Below, piece by piece: positions 1 to 8,602 of a stretch of DNA of 64,000 bases. The position numbers and the translations under genes are program-made. Source of the DNA: a virus (Duplodnaviria; Caudoviricetes); the IMG/VR virus record IMGVR_UViG_3300024331_000231, positions 11,923 to 75,922 of that record; one strand, written 5' to 3'. Numbering within the stretch: the stretch's first letter is position 1; every line of letters starts with the position of its first letter. The notes under the pieces were generated by a model. The model was not told the origin of the DNA. It made no database searches and saw only the letters and a program-made list of their open reading frames with translations.

Positions 1-191
1 TGATCTTTGTTCCAGAGAGTGAATATGACGAAGTTTTAAAGTGGGCAAAGAATGCAGGGAAAAATATAATCTACGAAAATGATGGCAGACCAATAGTCGT
101 GGAAGGTCACGAGCCTATTGTGACCGCAAGAGCTTTCGGATTTATCGATAATGTCGGCTATATGTGGGATGTGAAAATAAAATCAGCCTAA
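1..191 (+). CDS. 3' end of hypothetical protein (partial)
   Basis: Frame 3 is open from the window edge to TAA at 189-191 (IFVPESEYDEVLKW...KIKSA). Confidence 0.6.
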   Translation, partial: IFVPESEYDEVLKWAKNAGKNIIYENDGRPIVVEGHEPIVTARAFGFIDNVGYMWDVKIKSA

Positions 192-215
192 CGAGGGAAA
201 ATCAAATCAAATAAT

Positions 216-566
216 ATGCTTTCAGAAGAACAGATGCTAGAGCAAGCCTACGCTAAAGTATACGGTCGGAAATTGGAAAATGATTTCGAAAGAAAGGGAC
301 CGCTTTTGAAACTTGTGAAAGAATATACAACAATAGGTTTGCTTGAGCAGATGAATGATACCTCTGCTTGTTTTTACACAGAGAGAGCTCCCGAAAAGGC
401 GAAAGAACTAGCTTTAGATGCTGCTTTGAAAATTTACGCTGTTACACCGATGGGAATATCGTTCGATGGTAAAAACAAAACACAAACTGTCGTGGTAGAG
501 ATGGCGGAGGAAATCTATCAATGGCTTATCTCTGATAAAAAAGTGTCGAATGAAAATATATCTTGA
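216..566 (+). CDS. hypothetical phage protein
   Basis: 116-aa ORF with an A-rich leader; overlaps the next gene. Confidence 0.6.
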   Translation: MLSEEQMLEQAYAKVYGRKLENDFERKGPLLKLVKEYTTIGLLEQMNDTSACFYTERAPEKAKELALDAALKIYAVTPMGISFDGKNKTQTVVVEMAEEIYQWLISDKKVSNENIS

Positions 567-891
567 GTGCCTTATCGTAGAAGAGGGCAAAGCCCACCGT
601 TTTCGATTCTTGGTTCAAGAGATTCCTGCCAATCAGTTTGACGCAACCGAACACTGGTCAGTGAATTTTGATTGGATGGATATGGAGAAAGAAGTAGTTG
701 AAGGAAGCTGGGAAAAAGGGTATCTCAATTATGCTGTAATCAACTGTGTAAGAGTTTGGAAAACCGCAGAATTTACCCCGGAGGAAAGAGAGTTCCTGAT
801 AAAAGAAGGTAAGATTGGCACTTTAACAGATTTACCGAAAAAAACCGAAGTAACGTATGACGGAAATAAACCGAATGGGAGTAGCCTATAG
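550..891 (+). CDS. hypothetical phage protein
   Basis: 113-aa ORF overlapping both neighbours in operon fashion. Confidence 0.6.
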   Translation: MKIYLECLIVEEGKAHRFRFLVQEIPANQFDATEHWSVNFDWMDMEKEVVEGSWEKGYLNYAVINCVRVWKTAEFTPEEREFLIKEGKIGTLTDLPKKTEVTYDGNKPNGSSL

Positions 892-2266
892 GCAATTGCC
901 CAATGGAACGCTTGTTTGCGGCCCCCTGGATCAATCGGCCAAGGTCGGAGGAACGAACGAGCAGGAACGTAACGCCGTTCACAATCCCGAACGTCTGCAG
1001 CGTATTCGTGATTTTTATCCCAATCCGAAGGTCTTGGACTATGGATGTGGATCAGGACTGCTGGTACGGTATCTTCGCAAAAACGGAATTGACGCTTTAG
1101 GCTATGACAAATATGCCAGCAGCAGCGACAGTATTCTCGGATATCAGGACAAACATCCAGTAGATTTGGACGTCATTACCATGATCGAGGTAGTCGAGCA
1201 TTTAGACGATCCATATATCGAATTCGACGCAGCTTTCGAAATGCTCAAACCCGGTGGAGTGCTGATGATAGAAACTAGTTTTTCGGACTGGATGGGACCG
1301 GACTACAACGATCCATATATCAATCCGGCCATCGGGCATTCTACCATCTTCAGCCATGCCGGACTCGATGAAGTGATGCTCTCCAAAGGCTTTGAGGTAT
1401 ATGGGCATATCAACCGGAATGTCCGCTGCTACCAGAAGCCGGAGCCAAAAGAGGGCCCAAAAATTAGTTTAATTACCATGGGGCAGGCCAACCCGGTAGC
1501 TTTGAAACGCACGATGGACAGTTTTAAGGATGTCGTTGATGAAATTGTCTTTGGTGATTTCCTGATCTTCGAATCCGACCGCGCGATCATACAATCTTAC
1601 AAAGCAGACTATAACCTCAAAATAGTCCGTGCGCCGTTCAATTTTATTTTCGAGGAAGGGTTTTCAGAGACCTTGAATATGCTGGCGACGCATGCAAAGA
1701 ACGACTGGATTCTTTACATGAACGTATCGGAAGTGCTGGACGGAGACCACCCTATTGGGGAGCAGATGAGCAATTTGTACAACTGCTATTCATTCGATCA
1801 TCACGAAGAGACGCACCGCTGGTTCAGGTTGTACAACAAAAAGGAGGTCAAGTGGGGAGGACTGATCCATGAGGAAGTTATACCGATTGACTCGTCGGGT
1901 TATTTACGGCCTTGTCCCTTTAATGTGTTCAGGATGAAGGACACGTTAAAGGACGGTGACGATCCTTTGAAAGAAAAAGCAAGCAACGATGTGAAAGAGA
2001 TGGTCTACTGGAATCAATTGGTAAAACTCGTTGACAATCCTGAATTAAGGGCTAATACGCATCCGAACTGGATAGAATATGCCAAGGAGCAATATGATTA
2101 CAATAACGAGCGCATGAAAATGAAGGGAAAACGCTATGAGGCCATGAAGAAAGGAGACCTGCAGATGTACCTTGACGATATTTATCACAATCCGGATTTT
2201 GAGAAAGAAAGATTCCTTTCCAGTAAAAACATAAATTTCCAGGGCGATGGGCTGCTACTCGGTTAA
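857..2266 (+). CDS. class I SAM-dependent methyltransferase fused to a GT2-like (GT-A fold) glycosyltransferase
   Basis: Motif I VLDYGCGSG, then DVITMIEVVEHL and LKPGG. C-terminal half has KISLITMG...DEIVFGD, KNDWILYMNVSE and WGGLIHE. Confidence 0.8.
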   Translation: MTEINRMGVAYRQLPNGTLVCGPLDQSAKVGGTNEQERNAVHNPERLQRIRDFYPNPKVLDYGCGSGLLVRYLRKNGIDALGYDKYASSSDSILGYQDKHPVDLDVITMIEVVEHLDDPYIEFDAAFEMLKPGGVLMIETSFSDWMGPDYNDPYINPAIGHSTIFSHAGLDEVMLSKGFEVYGHINRNVRCYQKPEPKEGPKISLITMGQANPVALKRTMDSFKDVVDEIVFGDFLIFESDRAIIQSYKADYNLKIVRAPFNFIFEEGFSETLNMLATHAKNDWILYMNVSEVLDGDHPIGEQMSNLYNCYSFDHHEETHRWFRLYNKKEVKWGGLIHEEVIPIDSSGYLRPCPFNVFRMKDTLKDGDDPLKEKASNDVKEMVYWNQLVKLVDNPELRANTHPNWIEYAKEQYDYNNERMKMKGKRYEAMKKGDLQMYLDDIYHNPDFEKERFLSSKNINFQGDGLLLG

Positions 2267-2267
2267 A

Positions 2268-3068
2268 ATGATCAACGAGGCCAGTAAAAAAGGAATTCCT
2301 AATCCGCTTAACGCCAAGCACTATCTTAGCACTCATCCTGCTTACAGGATTTGGGCCGGTATCAAAAAAAGGTGTTATAATTCTAATGACCCAACATATG
2401 CAGATTATGGGGCTCTTGGAGTTATTATGTGCCCGGAATGGAAAGACAATCCAGAGGCATTTATCCTATGGGCTTTGAAGAATGGCTGGGAAAAAGGTCT
2501 ACAAATTGACAAGGACATTATAGCAGCAAAAATCGGTATTCCACCTCTCCTTTATTCGCCTGAAACATGCCTTGTCGTCACTCGAAAAGAAAATTGTAAT
2601 CAAAGGCGGAATAGCCGAATGATTGAATATGGGGGAGAGAAGAAGACTTTAACGCAATGGAGCGAAATTTTGGGCATAAAACATACCACCCTTACCATGC
2701 GCTTGAAGGAATACGGATACTCAGTCGAGAGAGCTTTTTCAGAAGCGGTTGCGTTTAACAAACCAAATGCCGAGCCCAAAAACCAAAGATTTATTACTCG
2801 CGGCGGCGTCACGAAAAATTTGAAGCAGTGGTGCGAATATTACGGGACCAGCGTCGCCACTTTTCGGTCCAGAATGAAATACGGATGTTCCTTTGAAGAA
2901 GCTTTAACCGGAAAAAATCAAAGAGAAAGAATTCCTGAAGATGCAAAACAAAATGTACGTCTTTTGCATAAATCTGGTTACAATCAACTCCAAATATCGA
3001 AAACCCTCAATCTATCTAGAACATCTGTAGGTAGAATTGTTAAATCGATAAAAAACAAAAATGGCTAA
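2268..3068 (+). CDS. HNH-type homing endonuclease with repeated DNA-binding (NUMOD/HTH-like) modules
   Basis: YRIWAGIKKRCYN...CPEW...QIDKD...YSPETC...N core, two KTLxQWxE repeats and a C-terminal HTH. ATG 2268 follows the upstream stop (the track starts at 2247). Confidence 0.75.
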   Translation: MINEASKKGIPNPLNAKHYLSTHPAYRIWAGIKKRCYNSNDPTYADYGALGVIMCPEWKDNPEAFILWALKNGWEKGLQIDKDIIAAKIGIPPLLYSPETCLVVTRKENCNQRRNSRMIEYGGEKKTLTQWSEILGIKHTTLTMRLKEYGYSVERAFSEAVAFNKPNAEPKNQRFITRGGVTKNLKQWCEYYGTSVATFRSRMKYGCSFEEALTGKNQRERIPEDAKQNVRLLHKSGYNQLQISKTLNLSRTSVGRIVKSIKNKNG

Positions 3069-4101
3069 AATTTCTATAATACTGCCTCATTATAAAACAT
3101 GGAAGATGAGTTTCTACACCATCCACCAGCTTCTGAAATGCCGGGGCCGTCATCAACTTGACATCTACGTTATAGACAACCATCCGCAAGATGGAAGCGG
3201 GCAAAAGCTAAAGGACTTTTTCGAGGATAAGATTAGGCTCTTCCCCTACCCTACCGACAAAATGCAATCACATGGGATCGCCTATGACCATATAGTTCCG
3301 CATTTGCGGACAGAACTTTTTGTCACCATAGAGAGCGATTCGTTTCCCCAAACGGGACACGAAAATTGGCTGGACTGGTATGAAACGCTTTCTAAACAAG
3401 GTTACGACAGCGCGGGTTCTCTAATGTGGCTTTCCGGTGGTCAGTTTGTCCATACTGCAGGTGCTTTCTACAAGAAAAGTGTTTGGCAGCAGGCGAAGCG
3501 CTATATCGACAATATCGAGTACTCCTACGTACCGAATGTCGCGATGAAAGACGGCTTCCCTTGCCATTTGATGGTGCATGATAGCGTCTTGGAACAATTC
3601 ATCTCCGGGGCTGGCGATCTTGTCGAACTGTCGCCGGAGTATAGGCAGTTTTCAGGCGAAGAATTGTCGAACCACATTGGAAAGAAAATAGCGGAATATT
3701 CGCCGATTGGTCGCGGCGTTTTCCACAACGGGATCGGTAACAGAGACGAGTCCTACCTCACCTACGCGCAGCGCAACCACGTAGAGGAAAGAAAAAATCT
3801 TTTGCTTGACAATAGCAAGCCCTTAATATGGCGGATGGGGTATGAACCGGGTCAATTTTTCTTTTACTGGATGCTGGCTAATGGACACCACATTTATGAG
3901 ATACCAACTGAAGTAAAATGGATGCCGGGGCGCGAAAACCAGCAGCAGGAAAGAACAATGATGGAGAACGGCTTTACCCACCTTTGGGCAGTGACCGCCT
4001 ATCATGGGGCTACGGACCCGGCGCTCATGGATATCATCCAGCACAAAAGTAATGTCATGGAAGAATTATATGACTCAATCCCTGCAAAAGAACGAATATG
4101 A
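3061..4101 (+). CDS. GT2-family glycosyltransferase
   Basis: KISIILPHY...IYVIDN...SHGIAYD...FVTIESDSFP (DxD-like). Confidence 0.75.
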   Translation: MAKISIILPHYKTWKMSFYTIHQLLKCRGRHQLDIYVIDNHPQDGSGQKLKDFFEDKIRLFPYPTDKMQSHGIAYDHIVPHLRTELFVTIESDSFPQTGHENWLDWYETLSKQGYDSAGSLMWLSGGQFVHTAGAFYKKSVWQQAKRYIDNIEYSYVPNVAMKDGFPCHLMVHDSVLEQFISGAGDLVELSPEYRQFSGEELSNHIGKKIAEYSPIGRGVFHNGIGNRDESYLTYAQRNHVEERKNLLLDNSKPLIWRMGYEPGQFFFYWMLANGHHIYEIPTEVKWMPGRENQQQERTMMENGFTHLWAVTAYHGATDPALMDIIQHKSNVMEELYDSIPAKERI

Positions 4102-4982
4102 AAACAAAATCTTATTTCCATAATTGTAATGCGGGCGATTTGATCGCGACTCTTCCCGGTATGCGTCATGTTTACCGGACAACCGGAAGAAAGGCCGTCA
4201 TCTATCAACAACTGGATATGCCGGGTCATTATATGGCAGGCCTCGTTCATTCTGTAAAAGACGAAAAAGGCGTACAGGTCACGATGAACCAGCGCATGTT
4301 TGACATGCTCAAACCTCTCTTGCTGGTGCAAGATTACGTCGAAAGTTTCGAGGTATACACCGACCAAAAAATCGAAGTGGATCTTGCAATTATTCGGGAA
4401 AGCCTAATCGTCTCACCGACCGAGCCGGAAAAGCCACCAACCATGATTCCAGCCAAAGTCTATGTCAATATTCCTGCGGGAGCCCTTCCCAGCTGGATCA
4501 TGCTCGCCTACCCTCCCATGGCCTGCGATATTTCCGAACCATGGATCGAGACGCCCGGATTGGAAGTCATCAACAAATCGTACATTCTGGTTAACCGAAC
4601 CCAGCGGTATCAGAATGAATCGATTGACTATTCCTTTCTCAAACAATATCAATCAGAACTGCTCTTCACAGGAACTGAAAAAGAACACGCCTTATTCTGC
4701 AAAGAGTTTAAACTGGATTTCCCGCGCCTGCAGGTAGACAATTTCCTTGATCTTGCCGAAGTCATGCGGATGTGCCGGTTTTTTATCGGCAATCAGTCGT
4801 TTCCCTGGAATTTAGCGAACGCGATGGACATACCTCGGATTTTAGAAATGTACCCACTGGCTCCCAATTGCCAGCCATTCATCGGAAAGTACAATTATGG
4901 TTTCTACCATCAAATCCCGTTAGAATACTATGTTGACTTGCTTTATAATAAAACAGGCCGCTCCGACGAAGAAGCAGCCTGA
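4098..4982 (+). CDS. GT9/heptosyltransferase-like (GT-B fold) protein
   Basis: NAGDLIATLP at the N-terminus; NFLDLAEVMRMCRFFIGNQSFPWNLANA matches the GT9 FIGNDSGP.HLA motif. Confidence 0.7.
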   Translation: MKTKSYFHNCNAGDLIATLPGMRHVYRTTGRKAVIYQQLDMPGHYMAGLVHSVKDEKGVQVTMNQRMFDMLKPLLLVQDYVESFEVYTDQKIEVDLAIIRESLIVSPTEPEKPPTMIPAKVYVNIPAGALPSWIMLAYPPMACDISEPWIETPGLEVINKSYILVNRTQRYQNESIDYSFLKQYQSELLFTGTEKEHALFCKEFKLDFPRLQVDNFLDLAEVMRMCRFFIGNQSFPWNLANAMDIPRILEMYPLAPNCQPFIGKYNYGFYHQIPLEYYVDLLYNKTGRSDEEAA

Positions 4983-5008
4983 TATATATGGAAACCGGCG
5001 CAAAGAGA

Positions 5009-5272
5009 CTATGCGTTGAACAAGGTTTTTAGGGCACTCACGCTCTCGACTACATAATAAACATGCCCCCCTGAATAGGCGGCACCAGGTGCCGTGATCT
5101 GGATCATGGAATAAACGCTTACCCCACTGGAAAGGCTCCTGGTAGGTGAGTCTGTACAATCATTGAGCAAAATATCGCCCTGCGTGGGGAAGCCGATTGG
5201 CCGGGAGGCGCCCGGGTCCAAAACCCGCTGATCGATCTGGTATACATTAAGAACGACAATATTGGTAGCCAT
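5009..5272 (-). CDS. small beta-rich hypothetical protein, possibly virion-associated
   Basis: 87-aa ORF with an A-rich leader, the only minus-strand gene in this block. Confidence 0.6.
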   Translation of the reverse strand: MATNIVVLNVYQIDQRVLDPGASRPIGFPTQGDILLNDCTDSPTRSLSSGVSVYSMIQITAPGAAYSGGHVYYVVESVSALKTLFNA

Positions 5273-5347
5273 AAAAAAAGTAGTTTTTCCAAAGCTAGCC
5301 CCGGACTTTACTGAAAAGCGGTTTTACAAATGTTGCGTATATTAGAG

Positions 5348-5366
5348 TGATATACCTCTGATATAC
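5348..5366. promoter_or_regulatory. tandem TGATATAC repeat, putative RHH operator
   Basis: TGATATAC at 5348-5355 and 5359-5366 (11-bp period) in a divergent intergenic region just before an RHH gene. Confidence 0.45.
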
Positions 5367-5372
5367 ATATTT

Positions 5373-5510
5373 ATGAAATCGATCCTGCTGCGGATAAATC
5401 CATGGCTGTATGGAAAAATAAAGACCTATGCTGACGAACGGAATATATCTGTAGTCGGAGCTATCCGCCTTATGTTAAATGAATTTTTCAGAAATAAACC
5501 CGGAATATGA
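5373..5510 (+). CDS. ribbon-helix-helix (Arc/CopG-like) DNA-binding protein, 45 aa
   Basis: Not in the ORF track. MKSILLRINPWLYGKIKTYADERNISVVGAIRLMLNEFFRNKPGI fits the strand-helix-helix pattern; ATGA overlap with the next gene. Confidence 0.7.
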   Translation: MKSILLRINPWLYGKIKTYADERNISVVGAIRLMLNEFFRNKPGI

Positions 5511-5791
5511 GCTTTGGAGACATATTAAGAGAAGTAGTCCAAAAAGATTTGGCAGGTGGCAAGCGCTTCAGTTTGCTATACGAAGAGAAAATTGAAGACG
5601 ATAAGTTTAAAATAAGACTCGTCTCCGAAACCGATCCGGAGGCCTACATTCATGCTTCTGTGCCTTATGACGGCCTCGAATCCACCGAAAACTACGCCCG
5701 GGCCTATTTTCTTTCGATGGTCTTTAATGCGGCTATATATGGGGTCAAACGTAAAAAAAATAAAGATGGGCCAGCAACCTCAAAAAACTAA
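5507..5791 (+). CDS. hypothetical phage protein
   Basis: 94-aa ORF coupled to the RHH gene. Confidence 0.65.
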   Translation: MSFGDILREVVQKDLAGGKRFSLLYEEKIEDDKFKIRLVSETDPEAYIHASVPYDGLESTENYARAYFLSMVFNAAIYGVKRKKNKDGPATSKN

Positions 5792-5993
5792 TAACATTCT
5801 CCTGGGAAACCTGGGCGATGTGCAAATTAACAATGGCGAAAAACAACCTATTGGGAAAGTTTATTTTGGAAACGATGGTTCGGTCACAATTACAATAGTT
5901 GGAAAATCTGGAGACATTTCCAGACGTCGCTTTGATGTCTTCAAGTCTTTGCTAGAGCCTTCAAATACCAAAGAACTTCCCGATAATTCTTAA
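5766..5993 (+). CDS. hypothetical phage protein
   Basis: ORF in the track from 5652; likely start MGQQPQK at 5766. Confidence 0.5.
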   Translation: MGQQPQKTNNILLGNLGDVQINNGEKQPIGKVYFGNDGSVTITIVGKSGDISRRRFDVFKSLLEPSNTKELPDNS

Positions 5994-6006
5994 CTTTTTT
6001 ACCTCT

Positions 6007-7593
6007 ATGCACAAAAAGACACTTTACGGATCAGAAGCCAGGGAAAAACTACTTTCTGGCATCAACAAGATCAGCAACGCCGTCGCCGTCACGCTCGGCC
6101 CTCTCGGCCGAAATGTTTTCATCGCCCAGAGTTACGAAGCCAATTATGGCACTCACTCCTACCCTATCGAAGTCACCAAAGACGGCTACCGGGTCACCCA
6201 GCGGTTTGACTTGGAAGACTTCTTTGAGAAGGCCGGGGCGGTTATGGTTAAGGAATGCGCCCAAAAAAGCGTAGATCAGAGCGGCGACGGGACTACCACG
6301 ACGGTTATTCTAATGCGACACATGGTCATGGAGGGTATGAAAGCGGTCGAAGCCGGGGCCAACCCCGTCGAATTGAAACGGGAGATCGATGCGGCTATTA
6401 GCCGGGTCGTGGGACAACTTCGCAGCCGTTCGGTGCAAATCGGTCATGATATCGAAAAAATATACCAGATCGCGACCATCTCTGCCAATAATGATCCAGA
6501 GATTGGGCGCCTGATTGCTGACGCTTTCAAAAAAATTGGATACGAAGGTATGATCGATATCGAAGCCGGTAAAAGCGTCACGACGGAAATAAAAATAGCT
6601 TCCGGTTATCGGTTTGAGCGCAGTTGGGAAAGCCCTTTCTTTATTACCAATAAAGAGAAGCAAACGGTCGAATTTGAAGATCCATTGATCCTTCTATACA
6701 ACCGCGTCATTACTTCCAGCAAACAGATTCGCAGGGCTACCGAAATTGCGTTGAACTCCTCCAAACCGCTGCTTATTATTTGTCCCGGCGCAGAGACCGA
6801 AGGTCTGGCTATGCTGGCGGGTAATGCCTTCAAAGGGAATATTAAGTGCTGCGTCGTAAAAGCACCTGCGATCGGTGAAGCTCAGCGCATCGAAATGGAA
6901 GATCTGGCCATCCTCACAGGAGCCACGTTCATGGGGGACAATAGGGGAGAAGACGTGAAAGAAATTCTGCCCAAACAATTCGGAACAGCAAAAAAAGTGA
7001 TCGTTACCAAGGATGACACTACGATCATCGAAGGCGAAGCCAACAAACAGGCCTTGGAAGATTTACTCGTGGAACTCAGAATCAACAAAGCCCAAGCCAA
7101 AAATGAGGAAGAAGCGGCGCCCATCGAAAAAAGGATAGCCAAACTCACAGGGGGGGTCGCCGTAATCCAGGTAGGAGCCGCTACCGAAACCGAGATGAAA
7201 GAAAAGATGGACCGCTTCGACGACTCCGTTCGGGCCGTCAAGTCTGCAATAGCCGAAGGCTATACGGTAGGAGGGGGGACTGCGTTGCTTCGGATACGTT
7301 CGGGCAACAAGATCGTAGACTCTGCCATGGACAAACTGCTGCAGCAGATCTGTTGGAATGCTGGTCTGCGTCCCAAAAAATGGTGGCATTTCTGGAAATC
7401 CAAGCACGTCTTTGACCTGGTGAAGGAAGCTCGGGGAAATATCGGCTACAACGCCAAGACAGGTAGGATAGAGGACTTGATCGAGGCCGGCGTCATCGAT
7501 CCCGTAAAAGTCCTCCGCTGCGCCCTTCAGAACGCTGCCAGCAGCGCCGGGATGGTGCTGACATCCGAATGCTTAATCGTAGATAGTTATTAA
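6007..7593 (+). CDS. groEL: phage-encoded chaperonin GroEL (Cpn60)
   Basis: VAVTLGPLGRNV, SGDGTTTT, IYQIATISANND, VKAPAIGE, RIAKLTGGVAVIQVGAATETEMKEK, GGGTAL, GVIDPVKV. No GGM tail. Confidence 0.97.
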   Translation: MHKKTLYGSEAREKLLSGINKISNAVAVTLGPLGRNVFIAQSYEANYGTHSYPIEVTKDGYRVTQRFDLEDFFEKAGAVMVKECAQKSVDQSGDGTTTTVILMRHMVMEGMKAVEAGANPVELKREIDAAISRVVGQLRSRSVQIGHDIEKIYQIATISANNDPEIGRLIADAFKKIGYEGMIDIEAGKSVTTEIKIASGYRFERSWESPFFITNKEKQTVEFEDPLILLYNRVITSSKQIRRATEIALNSSKPLLIICPGAETEGLAMLAGNAFKGNIKCCVVKAPAIGEAQRIEMEDLAILTGATFMGDNRGEDVKEILPKQFGTAKKVIVTKDDTTIIEGEANKQALEDLLVELRINKAQAKNEEEAAPIEKRIAKLTGGVAVIQVGAATETEMKEKMDRFDDSVRAVKSAIAEGYTVGGGTALLRIRSGNKIVDSAMDKLLQQICWNAGLRPKKWWHFWKSKHVFDLVKEARGNIGYNAKTGRIEDLIEAGVIDPVKVLRCALQNAASSAGMVLTSECLIVDSY

Positions 7594-7595
7594 CC

Positions 7596-7862
7596 ATGAT
7601 CAACATAGCCTGTAATGACTGGGTGCTCATTCTTAGAGATGAGACCGAATCCGAAAAAGGAGGACTCTGGACCCCGCCAGAAGGCCGCGTAAAACCACAT
7701 CGAGGCCTAATCCACGCCGTCGGCTCCAAAACCGAAGACGAAAACATCAAAGCGGCAGTGGGGCAAAAATGCTTATTTCATCCAACGGCAGGGTGGGAGA
7801 TAGAGTATGAAGATGTCGTCTACCTGGTTCTACGGGATAAAGAAATCATTGCACTCCCCTAA
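7596..7862 (+). CDS. groES: co-chaperonin GroES (Cpn10)
   Basis: NDWVLI...SEKGGLWTP (mobile loop)...AVG...VGQKCLF...YLVLRDKEIIA; directly after groEL. Confidence 0.88.
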   Translation: MINIACNDWVLILRDETESEKGGLWTPPEGRVKPHRGLIHAVGSKTEDENIKAAVGQKCLFHPTAGWEIEYEDVVYLVLRDKEIIALP

Positions 7863-7875
7863 GTTTTTATAAGAT

Positions 7876-8427
7876 ATGAAGACACCTAACAACAGAGTCT
7901 TAGTGCGGGTGAATATGTCCCAAAAAGACACTATGATTATAGCAGGTGTCCAAGTGATGACCGCGCTGCAGTATGAAACGAACTACAGAGAAAAGTCACC
8001 TGTCATCGCCCAAGTCGTCGATGCTAACGACCGGCTAAATGAAGGTGACTACCTTCTCTGTCACCACAACCATTTCCATGGTAACTCTCCGTATTATCTC
8101 CTGGACGATTTATATTCGATTCCAGCCAACCACACCATTTTTGCTGTCCTGAGCCCTTCCGGGGAAGTTACGCCAGTATATGGCAATGTGCTGTCCTCTA
8201 AAGTCGAAATTGAAACGATCCTGCCGGTAACGTCGGAGCATCGGCAATATTATAAAGATCGAGGGCTTATCATTGACGGCGGCTGGACAGAGTTCAAAGC
8301 AGGAGACTTGGTGTTTACAAGGCCAGACGCCATCTACGAGATCGTCTATATATTTGGAGAGATCGAGCACCGGATTTGCAAAATCAATTCGGAAATGATT
8401 TGTGCGGTAGTACCGGCAAAAAACTAG
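7876..8427 (+). CDS. GroES-like protein with two apparent Cpn10-like halves
   Basis: NNRVLVRV...AQVV...EGDYLL, then PVYGNVL...GLII...AGDLVF...RICKI..EMICAV; adjacent to groES. Confidence 0.5.
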   Translation: MKTPNNRVLVRVNMSQKDTMIIAGVQVMTALQYETNYREKSPVIAQVVDANDRLNEGDYLLCHHNHFHGNSPYYLLDDLYSIPANHTIFAVLSPSGEVTPVYGNVLSSKVEIETILPVTSEHRQYYKDRGLIIDGGWTEFKAGDLVFTRPDAIYEIVYIFGEIEHRICKINSEMICAVVPAKN

Positions 8428-8602
8428 TTTTCCCTATCTTTATCCTGATTTGGCTCATTTTACCTTCCCATCCATCAAGAAGCCGCTTTAGGGCGGCTTT
8501 TTGTATATTTATCCTTGAAACCACGCCGACACCTACGCCAGCACTCGCGGCCTGCCGGACGAAAAAACTATTTTTTCACGGCAAAATTGCTCACCTCTAC
8601 AT

